Assembly (NCBI RefSeq): GCF_964204645.1
Contig: NC_134036.1
Location: forward strand, 1,426,001-1,490,000
DNA length: 64,000 nt
From: Tubulanus polymorphus
Taxonomy: Eukaryota > Animalia > Nemertea
Reading direction: 5' to 3'
Part shown: piece by piece, positions 61,863 to 64,000 of the stretch
Numbering within the stretch: position 1 is the stretch's first letter
How the letters are laid out: every line of letters begins with the position of its first letter
Program-made: the position numbers and the translations under genes
Notes under the pieces: model-generated
What the model saw: the letters and a program-made list of their open reading frames with translations, nothing else
The model's database searches: none
What the model was told of the DNA's origin: nothing

Positions 61863-63614
61863 GACCCGTACTTAGGAAATACCCGTGCACAAATATTCTT
61901 GTTTCCCAAAACTACAGAGAATATTGTTTTGCTTAGGTGCCCAGTGATGTTATAACCAGTCCAAACTTTGCAATTACGACCAGGTATATATTTCAAGAAG
62001 TCCTATGGTTAACTTGTTCTTGTAATTTTGTAGTCATGCAGGTAGCCGCCAGATGTCACCGAAACTGATGCAAAGTACAGAATCATTGATTTCTGCCTAT
62101 AAAACTTGAAACAAACACTCCCTCCCTCTAGATTCAGTCTCGACGTGGTGACGGTTTCTTTACCCAATCAGAGCTCGATGTTTACAGCAAATAATCAAAT
62201 AGATACGTTAATTAGGTTTAGCGGCGCTTTACCCGAAATAGATCCCGTAACAAATAAATCGGTAATGAAATTTTCGATAATCAGTTACCTTAAATTCGTA
62301 TCATCATCGTATCCGCTGTGATGGTGAACGATCGATACCAATTCGAAGACGACTTGTCTTTTAAATACTCGTTGCCCGACGACACGATAAAACGGTCGGT
62401 ATTGTTGTATATGCCAAATGTCGGCGCGATCTATTTTTAGCGATTCTAACCTTTGTCTCATTATAGTTTGATAAGATAATGTATATGTTTTTTCTTTACC
62501 AACGTTTGGAATGTGGACCTTTTTCTTTTTGTCTGAACCGTCGTTTGATATTGATCGTCTGTTCCGAGACTGACGCAGACGACAGTTTTCTGTTGTTGTT
62601 GTTCATCGCCGTTTTCTTTCTGTTTCTGTTTGTGACGTGGCGTTTTTCTTACGGCCATTGTTTTTTCGTTTGCGGTTGCGGGGGTTGTCGGAAAATACGA
62701 AACGCCGAAGTTTCGAATTTTTTTTTCGGAACAAACATCTTATCTACGAACTGTGTATCGAAAGTTGATCGCCTCGCTTGAATCAAACCCGAATGAGTTG
62801 ATTATGTGAATATGACGTCATTGGGGGAACAAATAGGAAAGTTTGTTTTTACTTTACTTTTATACCATCAAATGCTTTTTAAAAATCGTTTCAGTGTTAG
62901 TAAGAAGACGCTTAAGATAAGATAATAATATCTTGCATGGAATCCGAACTTTGACCAAGAGTTTAATTCGACGCCACATTGGGGGCAACGAATAAAGGCT
63001 TTCAACTCTAATTTCTTATAGCATCGAACGCTTTTTGAAAATCAGTTCGCAGTTTTTCGAAAGAAGACACTTCGGATTAGAGCATCAAAACTATCGGATA
63101 TTGCATGGAATTATGGTAACTTGACCCATTCAAAAGCTAAATGGATGTATAAAACTTCGAGCAGAGTCGAACGGAGATGGATATTGAAAATACGCAGTAG
63201 ATATTCTCTTGCAAGCATTAAAATGCTACAAATGACACCTTGTTTCTCCTAATCGGCCGGGTCATTTTTGTTATCAGCAATAATATTTATAATCAGTTAA
63301 TTTCTATTACCGCCGGGTCTGTTATTGTCAGCTTGATAGTGATTTCAAAAAGAGTAATGTACAGGGTAATAAAATGCATCTGGAGAAACAGGTCCTGATG
63401 ACCTTTACTGCACACGCACGCACGCACACACGCACTAACGCACGCACACAAATGACTCTCAGGCAGATGAGGTCCTACTAATAAAGAGACAATAACACCT
63501 AACGACCTATCGACAGACGACAGCCGTTTAAAGGGACTTGACTCGAATCTGTTTGTCTGCAGCGAGAGAGATTGAGCGAGAGGATGCATATAAACACGTG
63601 CGCGTTGTACTTAC

Positions 63615-63700
63615 CGTCGACTCTTTACGTAAACGTTACAAAAAACGCTTCTTCGTAACGTATCCAGCGTTCCGTTGAATTATACAAACGTATATACGTA
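63615..63700 (-). other. Possible non-coding 5' exon (of ache or another minus-strand gene)
   Basis: Strong minus-strand donor ACG|GTAAGTAC at 63614 in a CpG-richer stretch; no coding evidence; exon start unknown. Confidence 0.25.
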
Positions 63701-64000
63701 ATAATGATATATACATATGATAATATATATAACGTTAATAACGTTGCGCGATAATTCAACAATACGTCATCGCACAGCTGATGCGCTCATTCATTTTTAC
63801 GTCGTTGTTATGCGCATCGTCGTTTTTACGTATCACTGTAAATTTGCGTATATATATACAGAAGCTAATATCGTTACGTTAACGTTTTCGTAGGCCTACG
63901 TTGTAGCGTTTGGTCGTAACGTTGTTGTTCGCGAAATCGTAAACGTTGCTTTATGACGTAATAATCGACGGTATTGTTGCTTATTTGTTGTAACAAGGTG

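Overview
AT-rich genomic DNA from a bilaterian invertebrate (short GT-AG introns; likely spiralian, inferred only). Positions 1-45.7 kb hold a tandem array of three apparently intact, multi-exon receptor-type PTP genes: A 1188-12550, B 17264-24971, C 31635-42650. Their architecture is signal peptide - [Cys-rich/EGF-like - F-type lectin (FTLD) - EGF - FN3]x1-2 - FN3s with a furin site - TM - Tyr-motif juxtamembrane region - tandem PTP D1/D2. Each gene is preceded by a disabled copy of an Ig-superfamily TM gene. A diverged fourth remnant (44971-45654) keeps the TM and Tyr-motif exons but has lost both PTP domains. The main signal is a contrast: after manual splicing, D1 of all three genes has the catalytic Cys replaced by Gly (HGSAGAGR), while the lectin domains are hypervariable specifically in the five sugar-binding (CDR-like) loops and show recombination/gene conversion, against otherwise near-identical paralogous DNA. 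This looks like a rapidly diversifying family of glycan-sensing pseudophosphatase receptors (candidate innate-immune or allorecognition receptors; function is inference). The rest of the window holds a minus-strand GPI-type acetylcholinesterase gene (48448-51438) with an intronic tRNA-Thr(AGT), then non-coding DNA with MITEs and minisatellites. All exon models were read by eye and need RNA-seq confirmation.
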